This document shows positions 26,615 to 39,040 of a DNA stretch of 64,000 nucleotides, piece by piece. The stretch lies in the NCBI GenBank assembly GCA_964188305.1, contig OZ076889.1, one strand, 5' to 3'. The position numbers and the translations under genes were made by a program. Source of the DNA: Podarcis bocagei. Its lineage: Eukaryota. How positions within the stretch are numbered: position 1 is the stretch's first letter; every line of letters starts with the position of its first letter. The notes under the pieces were generated by a model that ran no database searches, was not told where the DNA came from, and saw only the letters and a program-made list of their open reading frames with translations.

Positions 26615-27043
26615 TGTAAGGCAAATGAGTAAGTTATTCCTATGATTCACATGGGGGACTGGGATGCAGAATAGGTTATCTAAGGCTACTTAATTAGTAT
26701 ATGGTAGAGGTGATGTTTGAAGCAGTATGTCCTTAGTGCAGTCTCTTAGCAACAGTCACCAGAGCTCTTTAGCAGAAAAACAGAGAAATTTAAGACTTTC
26801 AGGCCTTCCTTTCCACCTATTCTGCACATCAAGGAGGGAGTAGGATCACAATACTGACTCCACTCACAAAATTACAGTACATTACTAGCACCGGCTTTGT
26901 GTGACTAGGTACCCCTTTTCAGACTTTGCAGTGATCCCATGTTGCGTTAAGAAATGGGGACATCAGGCATAGTCTCACTTCATATTGCATGTTTTGTCTA
27001 GACTTTACACAATAGCCTCATCCAAGTGCAAAACTATGGTTTA

Positions 27044-27278
27044 TGTTAAGTTGTGGGTGAACATATCAGACGACACAGCGATTCTTCAAACAGTTCTTGT
27101 TTATTCACAGCCAGCCTGCTTATATAGAGCTCCACTACAACACAACAGTAAGAATCTTTCTGTAACTATCCAATCACTGAACATCACTTTCAATTCCTTA
27201 TTTGCATATGTGGACCTGAGTGAAAACTATCTGCAGTATCCCACTGCTGGCCCAGGGCGAGAACTTCAGTACATAACA
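27044..27278 (-). mobile_element. Solo LTR (235 bp)
   Basis: TG...CA ends, perfect 5-bp TSD gttta, and TATATAAG and AATAAA on the minus strand. Confidence 0.9.
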
Positions 27279-28686
27279 GTTTAGTGTATGATCCTGGAGA
27301 TTGTTATCTCTCTCCCCCTTCTGTTCCTCTGGCATGGTCACGAGGAGGAGAAAACAATCTTTCACATCCATTTTTAACTAACCACAGTTTCCCATTGTGT
27401 CCAACCCAGCAAAAATAAATAAATAAATTAAACAACAACTGGGGTTAATCAGAAACGAGACAACTTGGGGAAGTAGAACTGTGACTGCTCTCCTCACTCT
27501 TCAATGCATTCAGTACAAGGTATGAAAAAGAACACTTATGATAAGAGGCAGCTGAAACACAGGTCTATAAATGGCTAATACAGAACTCTCCAAAATTGAC
27601 AGCTTTTACTGTCACCTTCTGGGACCCCGAGAATGCCCACACACACACATACACACATTCATCACAAGTTTCCACAAACAGTTCTTCCCAATTAAGTCTC
27701 AAGTCTACCACCAAATCCACTGGAATTTGACTGCTGTCCTGGTTCTAACACTTTTGTCCTGATATCTCTACTGCAGTCAATCCCCATCCTATGAACACAG
27801 TCCCAGTACATATAGTCAGTAATAATAGTGACTTCAACCCCCATAAATTTAACCATGGGAACAGCTGACTTCATGGTTAGTTGCCATGCCAGTCAAAAGA
27901 ACAAAAATGACAAAAGGGGGGGGGGAGTTGGTTTGATGCACTATTAAAACCTACGATGATAACAAACTGATTTCACACATGTAGAATTAAGTCTTAAAAA
28001 CTTTTTTTAGCACAGGAAACCCACCCCCACCCCACCCCCACCAACAGAAGCATCAGAGACCCTGGAACTACTATGGTACCAGCTGAGATAACTTCAATAT
28101 GGAAGATATTTCAAAGATAAGAATCAAAGTATTTTATCAAGGTTGTTCATCTTAATATGATATTGCATTCTGATATCCTTTCAATAGAGAAAACCACCTA
28201 CTGGACAAGAGTCTATGGCTATTAATCTGTACATAAAAGAATCTCCCTCGCCAATTCTTTTCTGTACCAGAACTTTCAATAGGATCCCTAATGACAATTT
28301 CTTTCCTTTCCTTTTAATGAACTGCACATGCATTTCAAATGTAATAAAATTCTAGAGAGTTTAACAAGTTGTAAAAAAAAGTTCAAGTATCCTACCTGTC
28401 CCATACGGTCAACACTTATACTCTGTTATACTTAATATGAATTCTTGTATCTGCGTCAAGAATCTCACATTTTCCATTGTGTATACATTCAGCAGAGAAA
28501 TATAGGCATTCTCAGGTTTCTGAGAAGAGTGCCTGAAAAACACACCTTTTGGCAAATTTTCACTCTTTGTGTACCTTAGAAAATACAAAGTTGTGAAGTT
28601 CTCTCATTTGTAAGAGCAGAAATCCAGGAAAAATCCAGAAAGGCAAAGTTCCAAGTTGTTTAAACATGAACCTGTTGGTTAAGTCC

Positions 28687-28980
28687 TGTTAAGTTGTGGT
28701 TGAACATATCAGACGACACAGCAATTCTTCAAACAGCTCTTCTTTATTCTGAGGCCAGAACTGAACTGAGCTGAAGGGCTGAGTCAGCCTGCTTATATAG
28801 AGCTCCAGTACTTTGTTACTGTAGCAACTTTCTAAAACTATCCAATCACTGAACGTCACTTTCGACCCTTCATTTGCATACAAACTATCCAATCACTGAA
28901 CGTCACTTTGGATCCTTCATTTGCATAACTATCTACAGTATCCCCCTGCTGGCCCAGGGTGAGAACTTCAGTACATAACA
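28687..28980 (-). mobile_element. Solo LTR (294 bp), same family as 27044
   Basis: TG...CA ends, perfect 5-bp TSD agtcc, and an internal tandem duplication of about 45 bp. Confidence 0.92.
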
Positions 28981-29780
28981 AGTCCAACACTCAAAATGCA
29001 GCGGGTGGGGTGTTTATCTGGAGCCCTCCCCCCTCTTCTTCCTGCTCTGTGGGGAGGGGGTATGTGTGGGGTTCAGGAACTAATGGGCTGCTGCTTGTGG
29101 CAAACAGAACAAGAAAGGGAGGCGGGTAAGAGGTGAGACTTCGATCCTCTCACTATCTACACTACAGCCAGCCTCTCTCTCCTGCTAGCCTTGTACCTGG
29201 TAAGCTTCTCACCATCAGGCAAGCCAGCCCCAGCAGCTGAGAGCAGCAGTAGTCTTGTGAGTTCTGCATGTGCAGCCAAACTCATTGCTCATTTCTGATT
29301 TGCCAAACCATTTTACAAATGTGATAGATGATTATAGCCAACGTGGGCCATCTCGTAGAGTACCTATACACATCCAAAGAATTCAAAATTGTGCTTCTCT
29401 GTGTTATTAAAAGGCTCTTCCTGCATTCTTCAAACAAAGGCCCTCCTACCTATCTCCAGGGCATGACCTTCCAGGCCAGACAAAATCTGACCAGTTAGCA
29501 AGCCTAATTGCTTCTCGCAATTCTTTTTCGGAGGGAATTTTATCCAAATCAATTGGATGATCCAGGAGGTCAAAAACTAACCTTCATTTGACCAGCAGTA
29601 GCTGAGCAGATTTATCATTTTCAAGTAAGAAGGAACAAAATCCCAAATAGAGCCACAAATCCACATATGACTGGAAAGAATTAAAAAATGATGTTGGAGA
29701 AGACTGATTAAAAATTCAGCAAAAATAAATCAATCCTAAGGCAAGTTTTGAGCAACAGCTGAAGAATATTTAGGGCAAAG

Positions 29781-29782
<2 letters not shown>

Positions 29783-29829
<47 letters not shown>
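29783..29829. repeat. (TC)n microsatellite
   Basis: Perfect dinucleotide run. Confidence 0.97.
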
Positions 29830-29831
<2 letters not shown>

Positions 29832-30545
29832 GATGTGGGGCATACAAAGAGAGGAAAGGAAGGAGGATTTCTGTTATGCAAGTAAAAATCCTTGCTCTAG
29901 CAGATATATTTAGTTGGATACCACCCTTGATTCACTGACATCTTTGTATACTTTACACAGAGTGCCTATCTGATAAATATTCTTTCAATACAGTGGGATT
30001 TTCATTCAATGAACAAGCATTTGCTCCAGAATGAGCCAATGTGGTGCATGGATAGTGGATAGGGATAATGGGAGTTGTTGACCACAACATCGAGAGAGCA
30101 CCATGTTGGCTACCCTGATCTAGTCAAATACTTTCCTGTAAGTCTTCTTTTGATGTTGTGAACACAAATAAAAGTGATGTAGTCTTTTAGTTTTGGTTTT
30201 CTTTTGTTTACTTGGTGGGTCCCACCATTACGTTCCATCAGAATGGCTGGGATCAAATAAAAGTTGATATCAGTCGGAAGTCCAAGGTAACCATTTGCTT
30301 CAGAAAGAGATCTAATTGTTGGAGCAAATTGTCCATAAAGTCCCTCAGAATTTGCACCTGTTTTGCCAAAAGATGTGGTCACAAAGAAGAAGTAAAGGCA
30401 AGCTGCCCTTGTAGTGCTTTCAGAGGGCATTTCTGTCTGTCAAGCAAGGGCTGATCTGCAGGTGACACTTTACTTTAGTCTACATATCTACTAATGCCTG
30501 TATTGTACTTCAGAAAGCAAATGGATAAAATTCAAGTTTCTGACA

Positions 30546-31010
30546 ATAATAATAATAATTTATTTATACCCCGCCCATCTGGCTGGGTTTCCCCAGCCAC
30601 TTTGGGCAGATTCCAACAGAATATTAACAGCACAGTAAAAGATCAAACATTAAAAACTTCCCTAAACAGGGTTGCCTTCAGATGTCTTCAAAAAGTCAAA
30701 TAGTTGTTTACAGTGATACCTTGGGTTACATACACTTCAGGTTACAGACTCCGCTAACCCAGAAATATTACCTCGGGTTAAGAACTTTGCTTCAGGATGA
30801 GAACAGAAATTGTGCTCCGGCGGCGCAGCAGCAGCAGGAGGACCCATTAGCTAAAGTGGTGCTTCAGGTTAAGAATAGTTTCAGGTTAAGAATGGACATC
30901 CGGAACGAATTAAGTACTTAACCCGAGATACCACTGTATTTCTTTGACATCTGGTGGGAGAGCATTGCACAGGGCGGGTGCCACTACTGAGAAGGCCCTC
31001 TGCCTGGTTG
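30546..31010 (-). mobile_element. L2 3' fragment interrupted by a mariner MITE
   Basis: Reverse complement of the L2 3' end at about 41800-42020, on both sides of 30711-30936. Confidence 0.88.
30711..30936. mobile_element. Tc1/mariner (Tigger-like) MITE
   Basis: TIRs cagtgataccttgggtta / taacccgagataccactg with TA TSD. Near-identical copies lie at 52290 and 59730. Confidence 0.92.
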
Positions 31011-31083
31011 TTGATTTAACTTGCACTTTGTTTCAAACAGAATGGTGGAGACCACATTCAAAGTTCTTGTAATTATTAGATAA

Positions 31084-31428
31084 AGGTAAAGGTAAAGGTA
31101 CCCCTGCCCGTACGGGCCAGTCGTGTCCGACTCTAGGGTTGTGCGCCCATCTCACTTAAGAGGCTGGGGGCCAGCGCTGTCCGAGGACACTTCCGGGTCA
31201 CGTGGCCAGCGTGACGAAGCTGCATCTGGTGAGCCAGCGCAGCACATGGAAATGCCGTTTACCTTCCCGCTAGTAAGCGGTCCCTATTTATCTACTTGCA
31301 CCTGCTAGGTTGGCAGGCGCTTGGACCGAGCAACGGGAGTGCACCCCGCCGCTGGGATTCGAACCGCCAACCTGACGATCGGCAAGTCCTAGGCGCTGAG
31401 GTTTTACCCACAGCGCCACCCGCGTCCC
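31084..31428 (-). mobile_element. Sauria SINE
   Basis: The minus strand begins GGGACGCGGGTGGCGCTGTGGG and ends (ACCTTT)n. 14-bp TSD taattattagataa. Confidence 0.93.
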
Positions 31429-33619
31429 TAATTATTAGATAACACGTATCAAAAAGAGGAGTGTGGGGTTTTTTTGGGGGGGGGGTTGTGTTCTGTAAAA
31501 CTTCCTTGCCCTTGCTAATATTTTGTAGCTACAGGGCTACATAGATAAATCTCAACACATACAGCAAATTTAAATGGGCGGAGTATAAATAATAATTTAT
31601 AAATGAACACTGGAAGAGGTTTTAAAAACTGACAATACTCTTGAAATATTTGCAGACAGGCAGGATTACACATGCATGTTCATCTCATGATGAACATGAC
31701 CTCAAGCAGCTACTTGCACACGCAAAGGAGTTATCAAAGATTTAAATTTCTTACCACCTCAACTCAAACAATTTGCAGTGGAGCCTATGCATTCTATGCA
31801 TAGATTTAGCCGGAATTCTTCAAACACTGAAGCTTCAAGGAATGAGAATAAGGCAAGCATGTGTGAATCATTGCCATCGAATGTAGATTGTTCATGACCA
31901 AACTTAGAAGCCATGTTAAATGCATCTTTCCACTTAATGTGCAGCCAAGGGCGGAAATAGCAGCGTAAAAAGGAATAACGTTTGTCAGGATCTGAGAAGG
32001 AATGGGTTAGTCTCTCCCTCCCATCATGCTTTGATCCCCCAAATTATCATTGCCCCCCACAAAGTAGGTACTATTTGTTTTAAAATAAAACAGACACATT
32101 AAATGTAAAGACACATTTCACATTCTGCCTAGTTTGGCCCTCATTGAGTGATCTAGAACCAACAAACTGATATACCCAATACTCTTCATACCCCAGTAAG
32201 AATATGTGCAGTGCCTTCTACAATTAGTGCCTTAAAGGAACGCACTTCAGCAAAGGGAGAAGAGAAGAGAGGCGCATTTATTCAACATTTGCTTAACAGG
32301 TCACTGTATCACAGCTGGTCTTTGCGTGCCACAAACAGCAGTGCCTCTAAACTTTGAAATGAAAACCGTGTTGTAATGATTGCTAATAACCCGGAACATT
32401 CTCTTTTCTTCCTGCCTTAATTCGATGGATTCTCCCCTTGGCATTCTATCCAAGCTCTAATGATCTCGATTTAAGAGTTAAAAATGGTAATAAAATTGAA
32501 ATATGTTAATGTAAAAATGAAGAATGGGATTTGCCTTACCATATTAAGAAGATTAACCAATGACAACATAGTCCTGGCCCGTTCTCAGGTTTAACTTCTA
32601 GTTGTCAATGCTGCATCCTCATCCCTAGAAAGGCACTGGATTAGAGTTTTTCCCAAGGTCAGGATTGTCTGTCCTGGCAAGTGATAGACATGAAAGTAAT
32701 TTATTGGTCAGCATTGTAGATCTATGAATTTTTTATCTTTCTACAATATAAACACCTAAGAGGTGCTTGAAGCAATGTTAAGGAGGGAACAAAATGAATT
32801 ATAAATGGTGATAAAGTCTAATTTGAATCCAAAGAGACAGGGTTGCCTCGTTTAACATTTCCACCAATGTGGCTTGCATTTTAAAATTAGCAGGCTGCTA
32901 TTTGCATGGATACTGTACAGGATCAATTCATATCTGGGGGGTGGGGGTGGATAATGCTTTAAAAGTGTGTCAAACGGCCAGTGTTATCTAAATGAAAACA
33001 AGCTAACCAACAAAAAGACTGTGATATACTATGTACCTGAGAGTCGAAACTGAAGTTCAGACTGATTCTTTGAATTTAATATAGAGGTTCTTAAAAATGC
33101 AGAAAGCGGGTGGGGGGGACTTATTATTAGGAAAATGACAGCAGGGGTGAGGAGAGAAAAAAATTAACCTTTTCCTCCTATGCCATGACCCTCAAAAATA
33201 TTTATCCTCTAAAGCAGATAGGGGGATTTTTCTTTCCAAGCTTATATGCAGCTTGTTACATAAAGGTAAGAATTCTTCTTCTTCTTCTTCTTCTTCATTA
33301 TTTCATATGTAATGCTGAATATAAAATGCAAAAAATACAATGTGTGTGTGTGTCTAACCAAAAAAATAAAACGAATAAAATCTCTCTAGAGCAAAAAAAC
33401 ACAACCAAAACTCACCCTGACTCGTGCTCTGCAGCACTCACCATAGGCGCCCCAGTACCAGCCCCCACAAAATTTCCCATGAAGGGACCAGGCACCCACA
33501 ATTTTTTGTGCTGGGGTCACACATGCCAAGGGAGGCAGGGCTCAGAGGGAGCCCACTGCACCTGCCTGGCCAGGTGTGGGAATACTTGTGTGGTGCTGCC
33601 CAGCCAAGGAGAGGGGAGG

Positions 33620-34313
33620 CATTAAAACACTTCCCTATGCAAGGCTGCTTTCTGATGTCTTCTAAATGTTATATAGTTACTTATCTCCTTGGCTTGGTGG
33701 TCACATAACTCCATGCCCTCCAACATTTCTCCAATGAAAATATGGAAGCAAGACCTGCACTCCTTTATGTTTCCTCCCTTATACAGTCATACCTCGGGAT
33801 GAATATGCTTCAGCTTAAATATTTTCGGGTTGCACTCCACAGCGACCCGGAAGTAACGGAGTGCATTACTTCCGGGTTTCGTCTCTTGCGCATGCGCAGA
33901 CGCTCAAAGTGACGTCACTCGCATGTGCGGATGTGGCGAAACGCGACCCGCGCACATGCAGACGCACAGTTGCATCTTACGTTCATTTCAAGATGTGAAC
34001 GGGGCTCCAGAATGGATCCCGTTCGCATCCAGAGGTACCACTGTAATCGCTTTTCACGGTTTGTCCTTGTTTTTATCTTTTTAAGTTACAAATGGTATAA
34101 TCACCTTATAATTATTAGTTTTTAAGCTTTAAGTCTTATGAGCTCAGTTTATCCGTAAGTTTTATCTTATGCTGGTGTGTGACTGAAATAAAGTTTGATA
34201 CTGATACTGGATGTCTGAAGGAAAGGTAGGACATTCTGGGACCAAATCAGAAACCGGGACGGCTTCTGTAAATCCAGGACTGTCCCTTGAAAACAGAGAC
34301 ACTTGGAGGGACT
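33620..34313 (-). mobile_element. Composite remnant: L2 3' piece joined to a hAT-like element, containing a nested MITE
   Basis: An L2-like segment (33620-33700) is followed by ccctccaacatttctccaatgaaaat. A matching inverted end, gacacttggaggg, lies near 34300-34310. Confidence 0.55.
33784..34043. mobile_element. Tc1/mariner-type MITE with CpG-rich palindromic core
   Basis: TIRs cagtcatacctcgggatg / catccagaggtaccactg with TA flanks. Confidence 0.85.
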
Positions 34314-34395
34314 GTTATTGCCATTATTGTACCTTATCAAATTTTCTATGTAAGCTACCTCAAAAGGCAGCCTAGAAGCATTTGAGGCAAATATA

Positions 34396-34628
34396 CAGTC
34401 GTACCTTGGTTCTAGAACGCCTTGCAACTCAAACGTTTTGGCTCCTGAACACTGCAAACCCTGACGTGAGTGTTCCGGTTTGTGAACGTTTTTTGGAAGC
34501 CAAACCTCTGACGCAGCTTACGCGGCTTCCGATTGGCTGCAGGAAGCTCCTGCATCCAATCAGGAGCAGTTTTTGGAAGTTGAACGGACTTCCCATATGG
34601 ATTCCATTCGAGAACCAAGGTACAACTG
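34396..34628. mobile_element. Tc1/mariner-type MITE
   Basis: TIRs cagtcgtaccttggttct / agaaccaaggtacaactg with TA flanks. A related copy in the opposite orientation lies at 62155. Confidence 0.9.
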
Positions 34629-35774
34629 TATTTAAAACCAAAACCATAAAAATCAAATTCATTTCCTCCTCCACACCCTGCCCTCAAATATATTTCGGAT
34701 TCCTGCAGCCATCCATCTCCTGTTCGTCTGCATGACTATCTGGAAGCGTACAGCTTCCCAGCCATCCATTATAAACCTCTTTCAGCAGAATTGTTTCAGG
34801 GTGAGCCTTAGGAACTTGGTGCTGACTACTCCCGTACATTAAAGAAAAATTGACTGAGTAATGCGACTCACTGAACTATGCATTGCTCGAAGACACTGGG
34901 CAGCCCCATCAGATCCTAGTTTATCATTACAGCCCAACTTCCGAATGCCTCTGGAGTTCCTGAACGCTTGTTAGAGGACACTGTATCTTCATTTATCACC
35001 AGGCTCATGGCAACGTTTCACTTCTAGCCTCATCGAGAAGCAGGCTCATATCCACACATTCCCTGTGAATGAAAACCACATGGCGGATGCTGCTTTATTG
35101 CCGCTCTGCACTCAGGGTTTATTTACAACAATAGCGCTGCTCATTCTTTTGAAGACTAAATTAGCCCCTGCAGATGTTGATATTAAACAACAGCTACTTG
35201 GGATAATAAATCAAACGCTGAGTAACACTCTTGATTGCTAGGTAGGTGAAACGTATTTGCAGCCATAAATTATATTAATTGATCCACAGACCCAACGCTT
35301 CACCCAGGCAGCTTTTGTTGAGCTTGATTCAATAAAGAGCTTTGGAAACAACTGCCTCCCAATGGGCCTCTATATTCATCAGGATAAGCAGCCAAGTTTG
35401 CAAGGGAAGGGGAGAAGGAGTCATCAGAGCTGGCAGATCCTGGCAGCTTGGTTTCTGCAGCACCACCAAAAATTTTCAAGTGGGGATCCCTACAAATACC
35501 TGGTGGTACATGCAAATTGGGCTGCATGCAGCAATTTGATGACTACAAAAGATGTAATGACACAGTATTTTGAGGTGAAGCGATGCAGAGAGGGACGTGG
35601 AGAGGCACAACAGTTCACAATAAAGTTGTCACATATACATGTGGTGGGGTGACAGTTATGGGGCTGGCCTTTGATTCTACTATCTGCACCCTGCTGAGTG
35701 TAAAGGAGAAATAATTCCCTGTCTCTGGGATTTATACAATAACTCAGAATTTTGATTTCTAACGTATATTAGTA

Positions 35775-35983
35775 CAGGGTTGCCATACGTCTGGGAAACC
35801 CTAGACTTGTCCTATTTTTTTGGGGGGGGGCTATATGCACATCCAGGGAGATTTTTACAATTGTAAGCAAATGTCTGGGTTTGGGGGGGAGGTTAAAAAA
35901 ATGTTCATGTGCACGGGCGGCTTGGATTCAGGCTCAAGCTCTGTTTTGAGCTCGGCAGCATTGGTGGCTGGGGAGGGGAAAGT
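35775..35983. mobile_element. hAT-type element left end, cut by the gap
   Basis: Starts cagggttgccatacgtc, the same TIR as 38112-38378. Confidence 0.6.
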
Positions 35984-36122
35984 NNNNNNNNNNNNNNNNN
36001 NNNNNNNNNNNNNNNNNNNNNNNNNNNNNNNNNNNNNNNNNNNNNNNNNNNNNNNNNNNNNNNNNNNNNNNNNNNNNNNNNNNNNNNNNNNNNNNNNNNN
36101 NNNNNNNNNNNNNNNNNNNNNN
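35984..36122. other. Assembly gap (N run)
   Basis: Run of n. Confidence 1.
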
Positions 36123-36232
36123 TCTGGGTGGCTTCCAAAAATATATTAAAATACTGTAATACATCAATCATTAAAAGCTTCCCTAAACAGGGCTGCTTTC
36201 AGATGTCTTCTAAAAGTCTGGTAGTTGTTGTT
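36123..36232 (-). mobile_element. L2 3' fragment
   Basis: cttccctaaacagggctgctttcagatgtcttctaaaag is the reverse complement of the L2 ORF2 end. Confidence 0.75.
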
Positions 36233-36739
36233 CCAAGTAGCTCGAAGTTAAGTTGATTTAGTTAATTTTGCTCCTGTTCCAGGCACTGACTGGTGTCTTG
36301 CAGTGATCTTATTCCTAGATTGGTTCCAATGGATTACAAATCCTCCCTCCTCCTTTCACTTTTGATTTTCTGGATTTTGTTCAGATCATATTGCACAGGT
36401 GCAATATGATGCATGCAATTCTTCAGTTTGAAACTCGTTTTATTTTCCCTCCATTACCAATTTGTACTAACATTCACGTACGTTTATTATATCACCACAC
36501 AGAAAGGAAAATGATTGATTCGGTGATCACTTCAAGAGTCCTTCATTTCCTCTTATTTCATCCATGTTCATGCTCACCGTTGTACACCAGCCATTTATAA
36601 GAAGAAAAGAAAATCTGTAAAGTGTAGCAATCCTTGCGTGTGCGCATTCTGAAATCAACCTTAAGAATTATCCACATTAAACAGTCACAGAACAGTAACA
36701 GAGCAGGGAAGATCTAGCACTCTCTACTCTATGTTCATG

Positions 36740-37098
36740 GGACGCGGGTGGTGCTGTGGTTTAAACCACAGAGCCTAGGGTTTGCCAATCAGATGGTCAG
36801 CAATTCGAATCCCTGTGACAGGGTAAGCTCCCGCTGTTCGGTCCCTGCTCCTGCCAATCTAGCAGTTCGAAAGCACGTCAAAGTGCAAGTAGATAAATAG
36901 GTACTGCTCCGTCGGGAAGGTAAACAGCGTTTCCGTGCATTGCTCTGGTTCACCAGAAGTGACTTAGTCATGCTGGCCACATGACCCAGAAAATCTGTCT
37001 GCAGACAAATGCTGGCTCCCTCGGCCAGTAAAGCGAGATGAGCGCCACAACCCCAGAGTCATTCGCGACTGGACTTAACTGTCAGGGGTCCTTTACCT
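36740..37098 (+). mobile_element. Sauria SINE
   Basis: gggacgcgggtggtgctgtgg head and cctttacct tail, with a 15-bp TSD tactctatgttcatg. Confidence 0.94.
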
Positions 37099-38043
37099 TA
37101 CTCTATGTTCATGCAGGAACATACAATTTTTACTGGGGTGGTGGTGGCAAAATCTGGATTTTCTGTCTCAGGTATGAAAACACATTAAGTTGGCCCCAGC
37201 AGTCAGTCCATGCAAAAGCTATTAAAGATAGTTGATTTTGTTTCAATTTAAACATTTTGGTCGAGGAGTTAGGAATTGCTAGTGTTTATTGCCTAAAGCA
37301 CTTTTTACAGCCAGGTGTCTCCACATCTTCACTTAGCCAAAAGCTACAGCTCTAATATCTTGTCACCAGCTGCTGTACATATTAATCAGGCCTTTTAAAA
37401 TGGTCACAGTAGGGAAGCCTGAGATTCAAAAATATGGGGTGTTGATGCATAGCAGTGATACATTACTGTCTTTGGGGAGGAGGCAGATGCAGGATGTTTT
37501 CACATGCTAAATGGACTTTGACAGATCTCTGGAATTGGCATTTGCGAAGAGTTCTCCCTCCCACCTTCATTGCTTTAATTATATCTCTGTCACATTGGTG
37601 TGTACGGATGGGGTGGCGGCAGCTGGGTGAGCAGTATTTAAAAGCACTGGTACTGGAAACAAAAGCATTCCGTGTTACAGAGTTTGCTCTTATTTTCAAA
37701 CAAATCTGGTGGAATGTGGAGCAGCAGAATGGAATATGAAAATGGCCACCTAGCCAGTCAGAGGTGGGAGGAGGTTGCGGCCCATCATGTCAGGCTCCAA
37801 GACCACTGGGAGCAATGTCTATTCAGGCAGGCAGCAGTTGGGAAATCACTAGGCCAGCTGCTTTGCACATTGGGAGTTTCCACCAGCCAGCAATTTGAAT
37901 TCTGTGGGGTCACTGCGAGTGTGACCGCAATAGCATGAACAGAATGTGTGGGCTGTGGAAGGATGTGCAGGACTACTGCCTAACAGCACAGTTCTATTAT
38001 GTCTACTCAAATGTAAGTTATGATGAGTTAAATGGGGCTTACT

Positions 38044-38460
38044 CAGTGCTATTCTTCTAGAAAAAGGAGGTGCCGGAACTCACCATGAACACCTCCCTCC
38101 TTCTCTTATAATAGGGTTGTTCTATTTCAAACAGTGAAAATCCAGACAGAAAAGTTTTTAAGCTTTACTTGGGAAAGTTGTGGAGCTTTTTGGGCAAAAT
38201 TACAAATAAAAAACACCTGTTTTGAGCTATTTATATGGAAAAATGGCAAAAATGGCACTGCTGACATGAGCTATACGTCTAGATGTTCACAGACATTTTC
38301 TCTATTTCTGCCCAGACGTTGCTGACAGCTGCAGTATTCTAGATACATCCGAAGAAATCCGGACGTATGGCAACCCTATCTTATAATGGCAATGGTGCCC
38401 ACCTGAGAGGTGCCTGAAGTGAGTTCCGGCAAGTTCCGGCTGAAAAAAAAAAAAGCCCTG
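38044..38460. mobile_element. hAT-type MITE (host of a nested insertion)
   Basis: Ends cagtgct... / ...agccctg with a perfect 8-bp TSD ggcttact. Confidence 0.88.
38112..38378. mobile_element. Nested hAT-type MITE
   Basis: TIRs tagggttg / caacccta with a perfect 8-bp TSD tcttataa. Confidence 0.9.
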
Positions 38461-38612
38461 GGCTTACTCCCAATAAAGTGTGTATATGATTGCATCCTAA
38501 ATTAGTTCAGGTTCTCCAGTACCTATAACAAAGGATATAGCAACAACAAAAACACCTGTCTCTCTCTCTCAGCTATATGGCAGTGTTTTCTTTCCTTTTA
38601 TATAACTACATT

Positions 38613-38614
<2 letters not shown>

Positions 38615-38650
<36 letters not shown>
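38615..38650. repeat. (AT)n microsatellite
   Basis: Simple repeat. Confidence 0.95.
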
Positions 38651-38652
<2 letters not shown>

Positions 38653-38978
38653 TTAATTAAATAATGTAGAGAGGTGGAGTTTCAGGTGTTCGGCTCTTCT
38701 TCAAATTGATGAAAAAGGTGTACCAGTTGACAAGCACTTGAACTTAAAAGAGAATACATCTTTGATGTCAAGTGTGTCTAAAGGGTTCTCAGGAAAAAGT
38801 TATATGAAAATGGCCTCGCCACCACTCAATCTATTCCCAATAGTTACCTGGCGGTCTGAGTGCCTCAGCGCCATTATAAAAATCTGTCAAGCATTCAAAA
38901 CCAATTACACACAGGATGTAAAGTGCTGTCATACCAGCTGTCCCCATAAGTCCACAGAGGCTCTTATTGCCCATTTCC

Positions 38979-38981
<3 letters not shown>

Positions 38982-39037
<56 letters not shown>
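38982..39037. repeat. (GA)n microsatellite
   Basis: Simple repeat. Confidence 0.97.

Positions 39038-39040
<3 letters not shown>

Noticed and set aside
27044-28980. Complete LTR retrotransposon or TRIM
   Set aside because: Each LTR has its own TSD, and no internal ORF is present.
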